Below, one piece after another: positions 35,624 to 48,833 of a DNA stretch of 64,000 nt; within the stretch, counting starts at the first letter, position 1, and the number at the start of each line of letters is the position of its first letter. Below the pieces are notes generated by a model, which saw only the letters and a list, made by a program, of their open reading frames with translations, was not told the origin of the DNA and searched no databases. The translations under genes and the position numbers were made by a program. This DNA comes from Balanoglossus misakiensis (Eukaryota > Animalia > Hemichordata), in NCBI GenBank assembly GCA_040954595.2, contig JBECUI020000027.1:310001-374000 (forward strand). Direction: 5' to 3'.

Positions 35624-36069
35624 TCTTTGTCTCGGCAGGGGATGTGCCGTTCTCATGCTGGGACAGCTGCCAGGAATGCCATGAAGAAAGAAAAGAAAGG
35701 CTCCCCTTGGGGCCCAAATGATGACTTTTCAGTAACTTCCAGGCCTAAGCAGTCCCTCGGGGGCTAGAGGGAGTAAAAACGATAAGAAGAATCTGCTTAC
35801 TGGTACCCCCAAAGCCCTAGGACAGGCTCTCGGGGTGTGCCCGCCCCCAGATGCCCGGAAAACCCTAGCCAGCACCCTAATCTCCCTATGATTCCTATGC
35901 TTTTCCTCGGTTACTAACCAAGAACAGACCATTTCACCCCCTTACCAAACAATAAAGAGATAACACCCCCCCCTTGATAAAATCCAGATAAGGAGATAAA
36001 CTGAAAGTTAAGTTCAAATCTAGTAAACTAAAGCCTTGTAAGAGGCTATTTTTAAGGAGGCATACAAAG

Positions 36070-37261
36070 ATGATCAGCAATTTAAGGAAACTCACTCACT
36101 CACTCACTCACTCACTCACTCACTCACTCACTCACTCACTCACTCACTCACTCACTCACCAGCTCTTGCGCGCTAGAACTCCAAAGAAAGCCTAGTTCCC
36201 TTCGCCGTTTTTCCCCGTTAAAAGCAATACTTTTCTGTTTAATCCCAGCACTGTTCCTGACAGGCTGCGGCAGCCCCACTCCGAGCAGTGAAGCCCTCAT
36301 AACAACTTTGACCATCAACGGCCTGGAGGGAGTGGCAACAATTGATGAAACCAAAGCCGTTTTTTCTTTTGATAAACTAGACTCAGGTGCGGTGACCGCC
36401 TTTGACCTCAGCGTATCCCCCGGGGCCACGGTTACCCATGCCGACGGTACCGCTCTGACGGCTGAAAATCTTGTTATCGGCGAGGAATTCCCCGTGCTCG
36501 TTACCGCAGAGGATGGACTTACTACCCAAACCTACACCCTATTAATTACCGGGGATATTCTGATTACCAACAAATACAGCAACGGCTACTATGTCTGGTT
36601 TGACCTAACCTTGCATCAAAATGCTACGGTGGATTTCTACGCAGTAGAAGAAGGAACGACCCTACCCAGCGCCGATTCCGTGGCGGCCATGGATGACACC
36701 GATGGCGACCAGGCCGTTGACGGTCGGCACTTCAAAGATGACTTGGTTGCCGGGGAACCCCACCGTATTGTTCTCTACAACTTGGACACCTCCAAAAACT
36801 ACGATATTGGCAGCTATTTCAGTGATGCTAAGTACCCTGGCTCTCACGCCGCTGTTTTGACACAGATGACTACAGCCGCAGAACCCAGCACTACCGGCAA
36901 GGTGGTTTGGCAGGCTTACGAAGGGCAGCGAATCATTCTGCCGCCTGCAAGGTTGATGTCAAGGAATGATATACCTGCTGGAACAACCGAAACGCATTCT
37001 TTTTACGTACGAGGAACTACGGGAGGGAGTAAAAGGAATATATATCTAATCACTCCAGGTCCCTATTTCTTGGGCACTGAATACGAGGCTCCTATACATC
37101 AGACTATAAAGCTTATTTTTGCTCCTATGGGATATTATTTCTTAAACTTTGAGGATGTTATGAAATCACAAGAAGGCATATATTGGGTTCGATGGTCGGC
37201 AGTAGGTGCCGATACCGATTCCCCCGATGACTATATTGATTTGCGCATCATAGAAAGGTAG
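36070..37261 (+). CDS. Variable lipoprotein copy 10, phase OFF ((CTCA)17)
   Basis: Distance 238 nt; downstream ORF intact. Confidence 0.88.
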
Positions 37262-37708
37262 TCTTTGTCTCGGCAGGGGATGTGCCGTTCTCATGCTGGG
37301 ACGGCTGCCAAGAATGCCATGGAGAAAGAAAAGAAAGGCTCCCCTTGGGGCCCCCATGATGACTTTGCAGTAACTTTCCTGGCCCAATCACTCCCTCGGG
37401 GACTAGAGGACGTAAAAACGATAAGAAGAATCTGCTTACTGGTACCCCCAAAGCCCTAGAATAGGCTTTCGGGGTGTGCCCGCTCCCCGATGCCCGGGAA
37501 ACCCTAGCCAGCACCCTAATTCCCTATGGCTACTACGCTTTTTCTCAAGTTATTGACCAAGAAAAGATCATTTCACCCCCTTACTAACCAATAAAGAGAT
37601 AACACCCCCCCCTTGATAAAATCCAGATAAGGAGATAAACTGAAAGTTAAGTTCAAATCTAGTAAACCAAAGCCTTGTAAGAGGCTATTTTTAAGGAGGC
37701 ATACAAAG

Positions 37709-38880
37709 ATGATCAGCAATTTAAGGAAACTCACTCACTCACTCACTCACTCACTCACTCACTCACTCACTCACTCACTCACTCACTCACCAACTCTTGC
37801 GCGCTAGAACTCCAAAGAAAGCCTAATTCCCTTCGCCGTTTTTCCCCGTTAAAAGCAATACTTTTCTGTTTAATCCCAGCGCTGTTCCTGACAGGCTGCG
37901 GCCCCACCGGTCCAAGTCGAGAAACCCTCATAACAACTTTGACCATCAACGGCCTGGAGGGAGTGGCAACAATTGATGAAACCAAAGCCGTTTTTTCTTT
38001 TGATAAACTAGACTCCAGCACGGTAAGCACCTTTGACCTCAGCGTATCCCCCGGGGCCACGGTTACCCATGCCGACGGTACCGCTCTGACAGCTGAAAAT
38101 CTTCTTATCGGCGAGGAATTCCCCGTGCTCGTTACTGCAGAAGATGGACTTACTACCCAAACCTACACCCTATTAATTACCGGGGATATTCTGATTACCA
38201 ACAAATACAGCAACGGCTACTATGTCTGGTTTGACCTAACCTTGCATCAAAATGCTACGGTGGATTTCTACGCAGTAGAAGAAGGAACGACCCTGCCCAG
38301 CGCCGATTCCGTGGCGGCCATGGATGACACCGATGGCGACCAGGACATCGACGGTCAACACTTCAGAGATGACTTGGTTGCCGGGGAACCCCACCGTATT
38401 GTTCTCTACAACCTGGACACCTCCAAAAACTACGATATTGGCAGCTATTTCAACGATGGTAAGTATCCCGGCTCTCACGCCGCTGTATTGACACAGATGA
38501 CTACAGCCGCAGAACCCAGCACTACCGGCAAGGTGGTTTGGCAGGCTTACGAAGGGCAGCGAATCATTCTGCCGCCTGCAAGGTTGTTGTCAAATAACGA
38601 TCTATCTGGAGCTAAAACGCACATGTTTTACGTACGGACAACTGTGCCAGCAGGGGCTATATATGAAATATTTTCAGATACCTATCAGATTGCCTTTAAT
38701 TACGACGCAGCTATTCATCAGACTATAGAGGTTATTATTGCTCCTCTGGGATATTATTTCATAAATTTTAAAGATGTTATGAAATCACAAGAAGGCATAT
38801 ATTGGGTTCGATGGACGGCAAAAGCTGACGATACCGATTCCCCCGATGACTATATTGATTTGCGCATCATAGAAAGGTAG
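37709..38880 (+). CDS. Variable lipoprotein copy 11, phase OFF ((CTCA)15)
   Basis: Distance 230 nt; downstream ORF intact. Confidence 0.88.
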
Positions 38881-39318
38881 TCTTTGTCTCGGCAGGGGAT
38901 GTGCCGTTCTCATGCTGGGACGGCTGCCAAGAATGCCATGCAGAAAGAAAAGAAAGACTCCCCTGGGGGCCCCCATGATGACTTTGCAGTAACTTTCCTG
39001 GCCCAATCACTCCCTCGGGGACTAGAGGGCGTAAAAACGATAAGAAGAACCTGCTTACTGGTACCCCCAAAGCCCTAGAATAGGCTTTCGGGGTGTGCCC
39101 GCTTCCAGATGCCCGGGAAACCCTAGCCAGAACCCTAATTCCCTATGGCTACTACGCTTTTTCTCAAGTTATTGACCAAATTTCTCCCCTTACCAAACAA
39201 TAAAGAGATAACACCTCCCCCCTTGATAAAATCCAGATAAGGAGATAGACTGAAAGTTAAGTTCAAATTTAGTAAACTAAAGCCTTGTAAGAGGCTATTT
39301 TTAAGGAGGCATACAAGG

Positions 39319-40517
39319 ATGATCAGCAATTTAAGGAAACTCACTCACTCACTCACTCACTCACTCACTCACTCACTCACTCACTCACTCACTCACTCAC
39401 TCACTCACTCACCAACTCTTGCGCGCTAGAACTCCAAAGAAAGCCTAGTTCCCTTCGCCGTTTTTCCCCGTTAAAAGCAATACTTTTTTGTTTACTCCTA
39501 GCACTTTTCCTGACAAGCTGCGGCCCCACCGGTCCAAGTCGAGAAACCCTCATAACAACTTTGACCATCAACGGCCTGGAGGGAGTGGCAACAGTTGATG
39601 AAACCAAAGCCGTTTTTTCTTTTGATAAACTAGACTCAGGTGCGGTAAGCACCTTTGACCTCAGCGTATCCCCCGGGGCCACGGTTACCCATGCCGACGG
39701 TACCGCTCTGACAGCTGAAAATCTTCTTATCGGCGAGGAATTCCCCGTGCTCGTTACCGCAGAGGATGGGCTTACTACCCAAACCTACACCCTGTTAATT
39801 ACCGGGGATATTCTCATTACCAACAAGTACAGCAACGGCTACTATGTCTGGTTTGACCTAACCTTGCATCAAAATGCTACGGTGGATTTCTACGCAGTAG
39901 AAGAAGGAACGACCCTGCCCAGCGCCGATTCCGTGGCGGCCATGGATGACACCGATGGCGACCAGGCCGTTGACGGTCGGCACTTCAGAGATGACTTGGT
40001 TGCCGGGGAACCCCACCGTATTGTTCTCTACAACTTGGACACCTCCAAAAACTACGATATTGGCGGCTATTTCAACGATGGTAAGTATCCCGGCTCTCAC
40101 GCCGCTGTATTGACACAGATGACTACAGCCGCAGAACCCAGCACTACGGGTAAGGTGGTTTGGCCGGCTTACGAAGGGCAGCGAATCATTCTGCCGCCTG
40201 CAAGGTTGATGTCAAGGAATGATCTTGCTGGAACATCCGAAACTCATGGTCTTTACGTACGAAAAACTACAGCAGAGGGAGAGGAAGTCATCTACAATTT
40301 ATATCTTATGTTTTCAGACAGTACTTATACGATCGGCTCTGATTACAACCAAGCTATTCATCAGACTATAGAGGTTATTTTTGATCCTCTGGGATATTAT
40401 TTCATAAATTTTACAGATGTTATGAAATCACAAGAAGGCATATATTGGGTTCGATGGGCGGAAGAAGATACCGATTTCCCCGATGACTATATTGATTTGC
40501 GCATCATAGAAAGGTAG
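39319..40517 (+). CDS. Variable lipoprotein copy 12, phase OFF ((CTCA)18)
   Basis: Distance 242 nt; LTSC lipobox; mature protein identical to copy 18. Confidence 0.88.
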
Positions 40518-40965
40518 TCTTTGTCTCGGCAGGGGATGTGCCGTTCTCATGCTGGGACGGCTGCCAGGAATGCCATGGAGAAAGAAAAGAAAGGCTCCCG
40601 TTGGGGCCAAAATGATGACTTTTCAGCAACCTCTAGGCCTGGGCAGTCCCTCGGAGACTAGAGGGAATAAAAACGATAAGAAGAATCTGCTTACTGGTAC
40701 CCCCAAAGCCCTAGAATAGGCTTTCGGGGTGTGCCCGCTCCCAGATGCCCGGGAAACCCTAGCCAGAACCCTAATTCCCTATGGCTACTACGCTTTTTCT
40801 CAAGTTATTGACCAAAGAACAGACCATTTCACCCCCTTACCAAACAATAAAGAGATAACACCCCCCCCCTTGATAAAATCCAGATAGCGAGATAGACTGA
40901 AAGTTAAGTTCAAATCTAGTAAACCAAAGCCTTGTAAGAGGCTATTTTTAAGGAGGCATACAAAG

Positions 40966-42124
40966 ATGATCAGCAATTTAAGGAAACTCACTCACTCACT
41001 CACTCACTCACTCACTCACTCACTCACTCACTCACTCACTCACCAACTCTTGCGCGCTAGAACTCCAAAGAAAGCCTAATTCCCTTCGCCGTTTTCCCCC
41101 GTTAAAAGCAATACTTTTCTGTTTAATCCCAGCGCTGTTCCTGACAGGCTGCGGCCCCACCGGTCCAAGTCGAGAAACCCTCATAACAACTTTGACCATC
41201 AACGGCCTGGAGGGAGTGGCAACAGTTGATGAAACCAAAGCCGTTTTTTCTTTTGATAAACTAGACTCAGGTGCGGTAAGCACCTTTGACCTCAGCGTAT
41301 CACCCGGGGCCACGGTTACCCATGCCGACGGTACCGCTCTGACGGCTGAAAATCTTGTTATTGGCGAGGAATTCCCCGTGATCGTTACTGCAGAGGATGG
41401 ACTTACTACCCAAACCTACACCCTGTTAATTACCGGGGATATGCTCATTACCAACAAATACAGCAACGGCTACTACGTCTGGTTTGACCTAACCTTGCAT
41501 CAAAATGCTACGGTGGATTTCTACGCAGTAGAAGAAGGAACGACCCTGCCCAGCGCTGCTTCCGTAGCGGCCATGGATGACACCGATGGCGACCAGGCCG
41601 TCGACGGTCGGCACTTCAAAGATGACTTGGTTGCCGGGGAACCCCACCGTATTGTTCTCTACAACTTGGACACCTCCAAAAACTACGATATTGGCAGCTA
41701 TTTCAACGATGGTAAGTATCCCGACTCTCACGCCGCTGTATTGACACAAATGACTACAGCCGCAGAACCCAGCACTACGGGCAAGGTGATTTGGCAGGCT
41801 TACGAAGGGCAGCGAATCATTCTGCCGCCTGCAAGGTTGTTGTCAAATAACGATCTATCTTCACCTGTATCGCACACACTTACTGTGGCAGGGAAATACA
41901 AGTCTGTATTAGAAATTATTCCAAATACCTATCAAGTTGGTACTAGTCACGACGCAACTGTTCATCAGACTATAGAGGTTATTATTGCTCCTATGGGATA
42001 TTATTTCCTTAATTTTACAGATGCTATGAAATCACAAGAAGGCATACATTGGGTTCGAATAACGACGGTAAGTGCCGATATCATCCCCGATGACTATATT
42101 GATTTGCGCATCATAGAAAGGTAG
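40966..42124 (+). CDS. Variable lipoprotein copy 13, phase OFF ((CTCA)14)
   Basis: Distance 226 nt; shortest and among the most divergent C-termini. Confidence 0.88.
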
Positions 42125-42573
42125 TCTTTGTCTCGGCAGGGGATGTGCCGTTCTCATGCTGGGACGGCTGCCAAGGATGCCATGAAGAAAGAAAAGAAAG
42201 GCTCCCCTTGGGGCCCAAATGATGACTTTTCAGTAACTTCCAGGCCCAATCACTCCCTCGGGGACTAGAGGGAGTAAAAACGATAAGAAGAATCTGCTTA
42301 CTGGTACCCCCCAAAGCCCTAGAATAGGCTTTCGGGGTGTGCCCGCTCCCCGATGCCCGGGAAACCCTAGCCAGCACCCTAATTCCCTATGGCTACTACG
42401 CTTTTTCTCAAGTTACTAACCAAGAACAGACCATTTCACCCCCTTACCAAACAATAAAGAGATAACACCCCCCCCCCTTGATAAAATCCAGATAAGGAGA
42501 TAAACTGAAAGTTAAGTTCAAATCTAGTAAACCAAAGCCTTGTAAGAGGCTATTTTTAAGGAGGCATACAAAG

Positions 42574-43757
42574 ATGATCAGCAATTTAAGGAAACTCACT
42601 CACTCACTCACTCACTCACTCACTCACTCACTCACTCACTCACCAACTCTTGCGCGCTAGGACTTCAAAGAAAGCCTAATTCCCTTCGCCGTTTTTCCCC
42701 GTTAAAAGCAATGCTTTTCTGTTTAATCCCAGCGCTATTCCTGGCAGGCTGCGGCAGCCCCACTCCGAGCAGTGAAGCCCTCATAACAACTTTGACCATC
42801 AACGGCCTGGAGGGAGTGGCAACAATTGATGAAACCAAAGCCGTTTTTTCTTTTGATAAACTAGACTCAGGTGCGGTGACCGCCTTTGACCTCAGCGTAT
42901 CCCCCGGGGCCACGGTTACCCATGCCGACGGTACCGCTCTGACGGCTGAGAATCTTGTTATCGGCGAGGAATTCCCCGTGCTCGTTACAGCAGAGGATGG
43001 ACTTACTACCCAAACCTACACCTTATTGATTACCGGGGATATTCTCATTACCAATAAATACAGCAACGGCTACTACGTCTGGTTTGACCTAACCTTGCAT
43101 CAAAACGCTACGGTGGATTTCTACGCAGTAGAAGAAGGAACGACCCTGCCCAGCGCCGATTCCGTGGCGGCTATGGATGACACCGATGGGGACCAGGCCG
43201 TTGACGGTCAACACTTCAGAGATGCCTTGGTTGCCGGGGAACCCCACCGTATTGTTCTCTACAACTTGGACACCTCCAAAAACTACGATATTGGCAGCTA
43301 TTTCAGTGATGCTAAGTATCCCGACTCTCACGCCGCTGTATTGACACAGATGACTACAGCCGCAGAACCCAGCACCACGGGCAAGGTGGTTTGGCAGGCT
43401 TACGAAGGGCAGCGAATTATTCTGCCGCCTGCAAGGTTGTTGTCAAATAACGATATACCTGCTGGAACAACCAAAACTCAGTCTCTTTTCGCACGAAAAA
43501 CTACAGCAGAGGGAGAGGAAGTCATCTACCATTTATATTTTCTGTTTTCAGGTAATATTTATTCGTTCGGCTCTAATTACAACCCAGCTATTTATCATAC
43601 CGTAGAGATTATTATTGCTCCTCTGGGATATTATTTCATAAATTTTACAGATGTTATGAAATCACAAGGAGGTATATATTGGGTTCGATGGACGGAAGAA
43701 GCTGACGATACCGATTCCCCCGATGACTATATTGATTTGCGCATCATAGAAAGGTAG
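42574..43757 (+). CDS. Variable lipoprotein copy 14, tract OFF ((CTCA)12) but with an internal in-frame ATG at 42711
   Basis: Distance 218 nt; an ATA>ATG change yields MLFCLIPALFLAG-C. Confidence 0.85.
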
Positions 43758-43831
43758 TCTTTGTCTCGGCAGGGGATGTGCCGTTCTCATGCTGGGACGG
43801 CTGCCAAGGATGCCATGAAGAAAGAAAAGAA

Positions 43832-45182
43832 GGTAGTGTCAAGAATTTTGCGCACTTTCAAATCTCCAATGTTGAAAGAGCCTAACTTACATCTTGCCTT
43901 ATCGCTTCAAGTAAGTCCATATTCAAATACTTTTCTGTACTCCATTTTGTTCCCATGATGTACCTGAGCCTGGCAGCTGATAGCATAAGGGCCGAATCCC
44001 CATCGGGGAAATGTTCTGCAACTTTGGTTCTGCGTTTGATTTCTTTCATGATTCTTTCAAGAGGATTATTAGTCCTGATCCGAATCCAATGTTCCTGAGG
44101 GAAATACATATGCTCAAGAGTTTCGTGGATATAGTTTTTCACCATGTTAGCAGCCTTGGGAAGTTTCATATTGCGGAGTTTCGTTTCAATCAGTTGAGCC
44201 TTCTCAAGAGCAGCATCACGATCTTCTTGCGCATGAATTGCCTTCAACATTGCTGCAACTTCACGGACCTTCTCACGGGGAACTACTGAGAATACATTCC
44301 GGTAATAGTGAACAACGCATCGTTGCCATCGTGCTTTAGGGAAAAACTCTTCGATGGATTCGATCAATCCGATGCATTTGTCGCTTATGAAGAGCTGAGT
44401 ATCCTTAAGCCCTCGATTTTTCAAGTGTGCAAGGAAGTTGCTCCATCCAGCTTTATCTTCCTTTTCACCTTCAACAACACCTAAAACACTACGATATCCG
44501 CTTTCTGAGACGCCTATCGCTACCAGAATGCTCACATTTCGCACTTCTCCAGCCCATGAGCGCTTAAGGATTGTCCCATCCAGATACACATAAGGAAAGT
44601 TCTCCTTGATGGGTTGATTCCGCCAAGTATTGATTCTCACGTAGAGATCCTGGTTCAAATTGCTCATTGTCCCAGGGCTGACCTTGGTTCCCCAAAGGGC
44701 CTCGGTAATATCTTTAACTCGGCGCACTGAAACACCAGCTAAATACATTTCAACTAAGGCTTCTTCAACGGATGTTTCCCGGCGTTTATAACGCTCAATA
44801 ATTGCTGTTTCGAATGGAAGCTTTCTTAGCTTTGGAATTTTCAAGTTAACTCTTCCAGCAGCGATATCCAACTTCCTAGTGTAATGTCCAGCACGAGTAT
44901 CTTTTCGTGCATCCGTACGCTCGTATTTTTCAGCCTGAAGTAAAAAATCTACCTCTGCATTGAGCATGGCATTCAAGGTTCCCTCTACGGTTGTTTTAAC
45001 CATTTGGCTTAACTTGCTCTGTACAAGACCTTCATCGATCTGTATGATCTTTCCCGTGGGGTCTTTTTCTGACCTCATTTTGTCCTCCGTGTGAATGGTT
45101 TTACATTCGATTCCATTTCAACATTGGAGGACATTTTTTTTCAATGCCTTTTTAGAATGTGCGCAAAATTCTTGACACTACC
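43832..45182 (-). mobile_element. IS256-family insertion sequence, 1351 bp
   Basis: Perfect 24-bp terminal inverted repeats GGTAGTGTCAAGAATTTTGCGCAC; 8-bp target duplication GAAAAGAA (43824-43831 and 45183-45190). Confidence 0.97.
43882..45078 (-). CDS. IS256-family (mutator-type) DDE transposase
   Basis: 398 aa; EMYLAGVSVR, YVYLDG, FISD, WQRCVVH and IRTNNPLER motifs. Confidence 0.96.
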   Translation of the reverse strand: MRSEKDPTGKIIQIDEGLVQSKLSQMVKTTVEGTLNAMLNAEVDFLLQAEKYERTDARKDTRAGHYTRKLDIAAGRVNLKIPKLRKLPFETAIIERYKRRETSVEEALVEMYLAGVSVRRVKDITEALWGTKVSPGTMSNLNQDLYVRINTWRNQPIKENFPYVYLDGTILKRSWAGEVRNVSILVAIGVSESGYRSVLGVVEGEKEDKAGWSNFLAHLKNRGLKDTQLFISDKCIGLIESIEEFFPKARWQRCVVHYYRNVFSVVPREKVREVAAMLKAIHAQEDRDAALEKAQLIETKLRNMKLPKAANMVKNYIHETLEHMYFPQEHWIRIRTNNPLERIMKEIKRRTKVAEHFPDGDSALMLSAARLRYIMGTKWSTEKYLNMDLLEAIRQDVS

Positions 45183-45562
45183 GAAAAGAAAGGCTCCCCT
45201 TGGGGCCCAAATGATGACTTTTCAGTAACTTCCAGGCCCAATCACTCCCTCGGGGACTAGAGGGAGTAAAAACGATAAGAAGAATCTGCTTACTGGTACC
45301 CCCAAAGCCCTAGAATAGGCTTTCGGGGTGTGCCCGCTCCCCGATGCCCGGGAAACCCTAGCCAGCACCCTAATTCCCTATGGCTACTACGCTTTTTCTC
45401 AAGTTACTAACCAAGAAAAGATCATTTCACCCCCTTACCAAACAATAAAGAGATAACACCCCCCCCTTGATAAAATCCAGATAAGGAGATAAACTGAAAG
45501 TTAAGTTCAAATCTAGTAAACCAAAGCCTTGTAAGAGGCTATTTTTAAGGAGGCATACAAAG

Positions 45563-46727
45563 ATGATCAGCAATTTAAGGAAACTCACTCACTCACTCAC
45601 TCACTCACTCACTCACTCACTCACTCACCAGCTCTTGCGCGCTAGAACTCCAAAGAAAGCCTAATTCCCTTCGCCGTTTTTCCCCGTTAAAAGCAATACT
45701 TTTCTGTTTAATCCTAGCGCTGTTCCTGACAGGCTGCGGCCCCACCGGTCCAAGTCGAGAAACCCTCATAACAACTTTGACCATCAACGGCCTGGAGGGA
45801 GTGGCAACAATTGATGAAACCAAAGCCGTTTTTTCTTTTGATAAACTAGACTCCAGCACGGTAAGCACCTTTGACCTCAGCGTATCCCCCGGGGCCACGG
45901 TGACCCATGCCGACGGTACCGCTCTGACAGCTGAAAATCTTCTTATCGGCGAGGAATTCCCCGTGCTCGTTACTGCAGAGGATGGACTTACTACCCAAAC
46001 CTACACCCTGTTAATTACCGGGGATATGCTCATTACCAACAAATACAGCAACGGCTACTACGTCTGGTTTGACCTAACCTTGCATCAAAACGCTACGGTG
46101 GATTTCTACGCAGTAGAAGAAGGCACTACCCTACCCAGTGCCGATTCCGTGGCGGCCATGGATGACACCGATGGCGACCAGGCCGTCGACGGTCGGCACT
46201 TCAGAGATGCCTTGATTGCCGGGGAACCCCACCGTATTGTTCTGTACAACCTGGACACCTCCAAAAACTACGATATTGGCGGCTATTTCAACGATGGTAA
46301 GTATCCCGGCTCTCACGCCGCTGTTTTGACACAGATGACTACAGCCGCAGAACCCAGCACTACAGGTAAGGTGGTTTGGCAGGCTTACGAAGGGCAGCGA
46401 ATTATTTTGCCGCCTGCAAGGTTATTGTCAAGGAATGATCTTGCTGGAACAAACAGAACTCATTCTCTTTTCGTAAAAGAAACTACGGGAGAGAGTAGAA
46501 GGATTGTATATGTAATCACTCCAGGTTCCTATCAATTGGGCAATCACTACGATGCTTCTATACATCAGACTATAAAGCTTATTTTTGCTCCTATGGGATA
46601 TTATTTCGTAAACTTTGAGGATGTTATGAAATCACAAGAAGGCATATATTGGGTTCGATGGACGCTTACAGATCAGGATACCAATTCCCCCGATGACTAT
46701 ATTGATTTGCGCATCATAGAAAGGTAG
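45563..46727 (+). CDS. Variable lipoprotein copy 15, phase OFF ((CTCA)11)
   Basis: Distance 214 nt; downstream ORF intact. Confidence 0.88.
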
Positions 46728-47178
46728 TTTTTGTCTCGGCAGGGGATGTGCCGTTCTCATGCTGGGACGGCTGCCAAGAATGCCATGAAGAAAGAAAAGA
46801 AAGGCTCCCCTTGGGGCCCAAATGATGACTTTCCAGCAACTTCTAGGCCTAAGCAGTCCCTCGGGGACTAGAGGGAGTAAAAACGATAAGAAGAATCTGC
46901 TTACTCCCCACCCCTGAAGGCCCTAGGGCAGGCTTTCTGGGGACTGCCCGCTCCCAGATGCCTTGAAAACCTTAGCCAGCACCCTAATTCCCTATGGCTA
47001 CTACGCTTTTTCTCAAGTTATTGACCAAAGAACAGACCATTTCTCCCCTTACCAAACAATAAAGAGATAACACCCCCCCCCCTTGATAAAATCCAGATAG
47101 CGAGATAGACTGAAAGTTAAGTTCAAATCTAGTAAACTAAAGCCTTGTAAGAGGCTATTTTTAAGGAGGCATACAAAG

Positions 47179-48380
47179 ATGATCAGAAATTTAAGGAAAC
47201 TCACTCACTCACTCACTCACTCACTCACTCACTCACTCACTCACTCACTCACTCACTCACCCACTCACTCACCAACTCTTGCGCGCTAGAACTCCAAAGA
47301 AAGCCTAATTCCCTTCGCCGTTTTTCCCCGTTAAAAGCAATACTTTTCTGTTTAATCCCAGCGCTGTTCCTGACAGGCTGCGGCAGCCCCACTCCGAGCA
47401 GTGAAGCCCTCATAACAACTTTGACCATCAACGGCCTGGAGGGAGTGGCAACAATTGATGAAACCAAAGCCGTTTTTTCTTTTGATAAACTAGACTCCAG
47501 TGCGGTAAGCACCTTTGACCTCAGCGTATCCCCCGGGGCCACGGTTACCCATGCCAACGGTACCGCTCTGACGGCTGAAAATCTTCTTATCGGCGAGGAG
47601 TTCCCCGTGCTCGTTACAGCAGAGGATGGACTTACTACCCAAACCTACACCCTGTTAATTACCGGGGATATTCTGATTACCAACAAATACAGCAACGGCT
47701 ACTATGTCTGGTTTGACCTAACCTTGCATCAAAATGCTACGGTGGATTTCTACGCAGTAGAAGAAGGCACTACCCTACCCAGCGCCGCTTCCGTTGCGGA
47801 CATGGATGACACCGATGGCGACCAGGCCGTCGACGGTCGGCACTTCAGAGATGACTTGGTTGCCGGGGAACCCCACCGTATTGTTCTGTACAACCTGGAC
47901 ACCTCCAAAAACTACGATATTGGCGGCTATTTCAGTGATGCTAAGTACCCTGGCTCTCACGCCACTGTATTGACACAGATGACTACAGCCGCAGAACCCA
48001 GCACTACGGGCAAGGTGGTTTGGCAGGCTTACGAAGGGCAGCGAATCATTCTGCCGCCTTCAAGGTTGTCGTCAAATAACGATCTATCTGGAAATGAAAC
48101 GCATAAACTTTCCGTACGGAGAACTGTGGCAGGGGTGGAGGAATACCTTATAACTGTATATGAAATCATTCCAGGAGGTCACTATCAATTTGGCTATGAT
48201 TACGATGCAGCTACTCATCAGACTATAGAGGTTATTATTGATCCTCTGGGATATTATTTCATAAATTTTACAGATGTTATGAAATCACAAGAAGGCCTAT
48301 ATTGGATTCGAGTGCCGGCAGAAGGGGACGATACCATTACCCCCGATGAATATATTGATTTGCGCATCATAGAAAGGTAG
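47179..48380 (+). CDS. Variable lipoprotein copy 16, phase OFF (18 units, one interrupted as CCCA)
   Basis: Distance 242 nt; downstream ORF intact. Confidence 0.88.
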
Positions 48381-48833
48381 TCTTTGTCTCGGCAGGGAAT
48401 GTGCCGTTCTCATGCTGGGACAGCTGCCAGGAATGCCATGGAGAAAGAAAAGAAAGGCTCCCCTGGGGGCCCCCATGATGACTTTGCAGTAACTTCCAGG
48501 CCCAATCACTCCCTCGGGAGCTAGAGGGAGTAAAAACGATAAGAAGAATCTGCTTAATGGTACCCCGAAAGCCCTAGAATAGGCTTTCGGGGTGTGCCCG
48601 CTCCCAGATGCCCGGGAAACCCTAGCCAGCACCCTAATTCCCTATAATTCCTATGCTTTTTTTCTCTCAAGTTATTGACCAAAGAACAGACCATTTCACC
48701 CCCTTACCAAACAATAAAGAGATAACACCCCCCCCCCTTGATAAAATCCAGATAAGGAGATAAACTGAAAGTTAAGTTCAAATCTAGTAAACTAAAGCCT
48801 TGTAAGAGGCTATTTTTAAGGAGGCATACAAAG

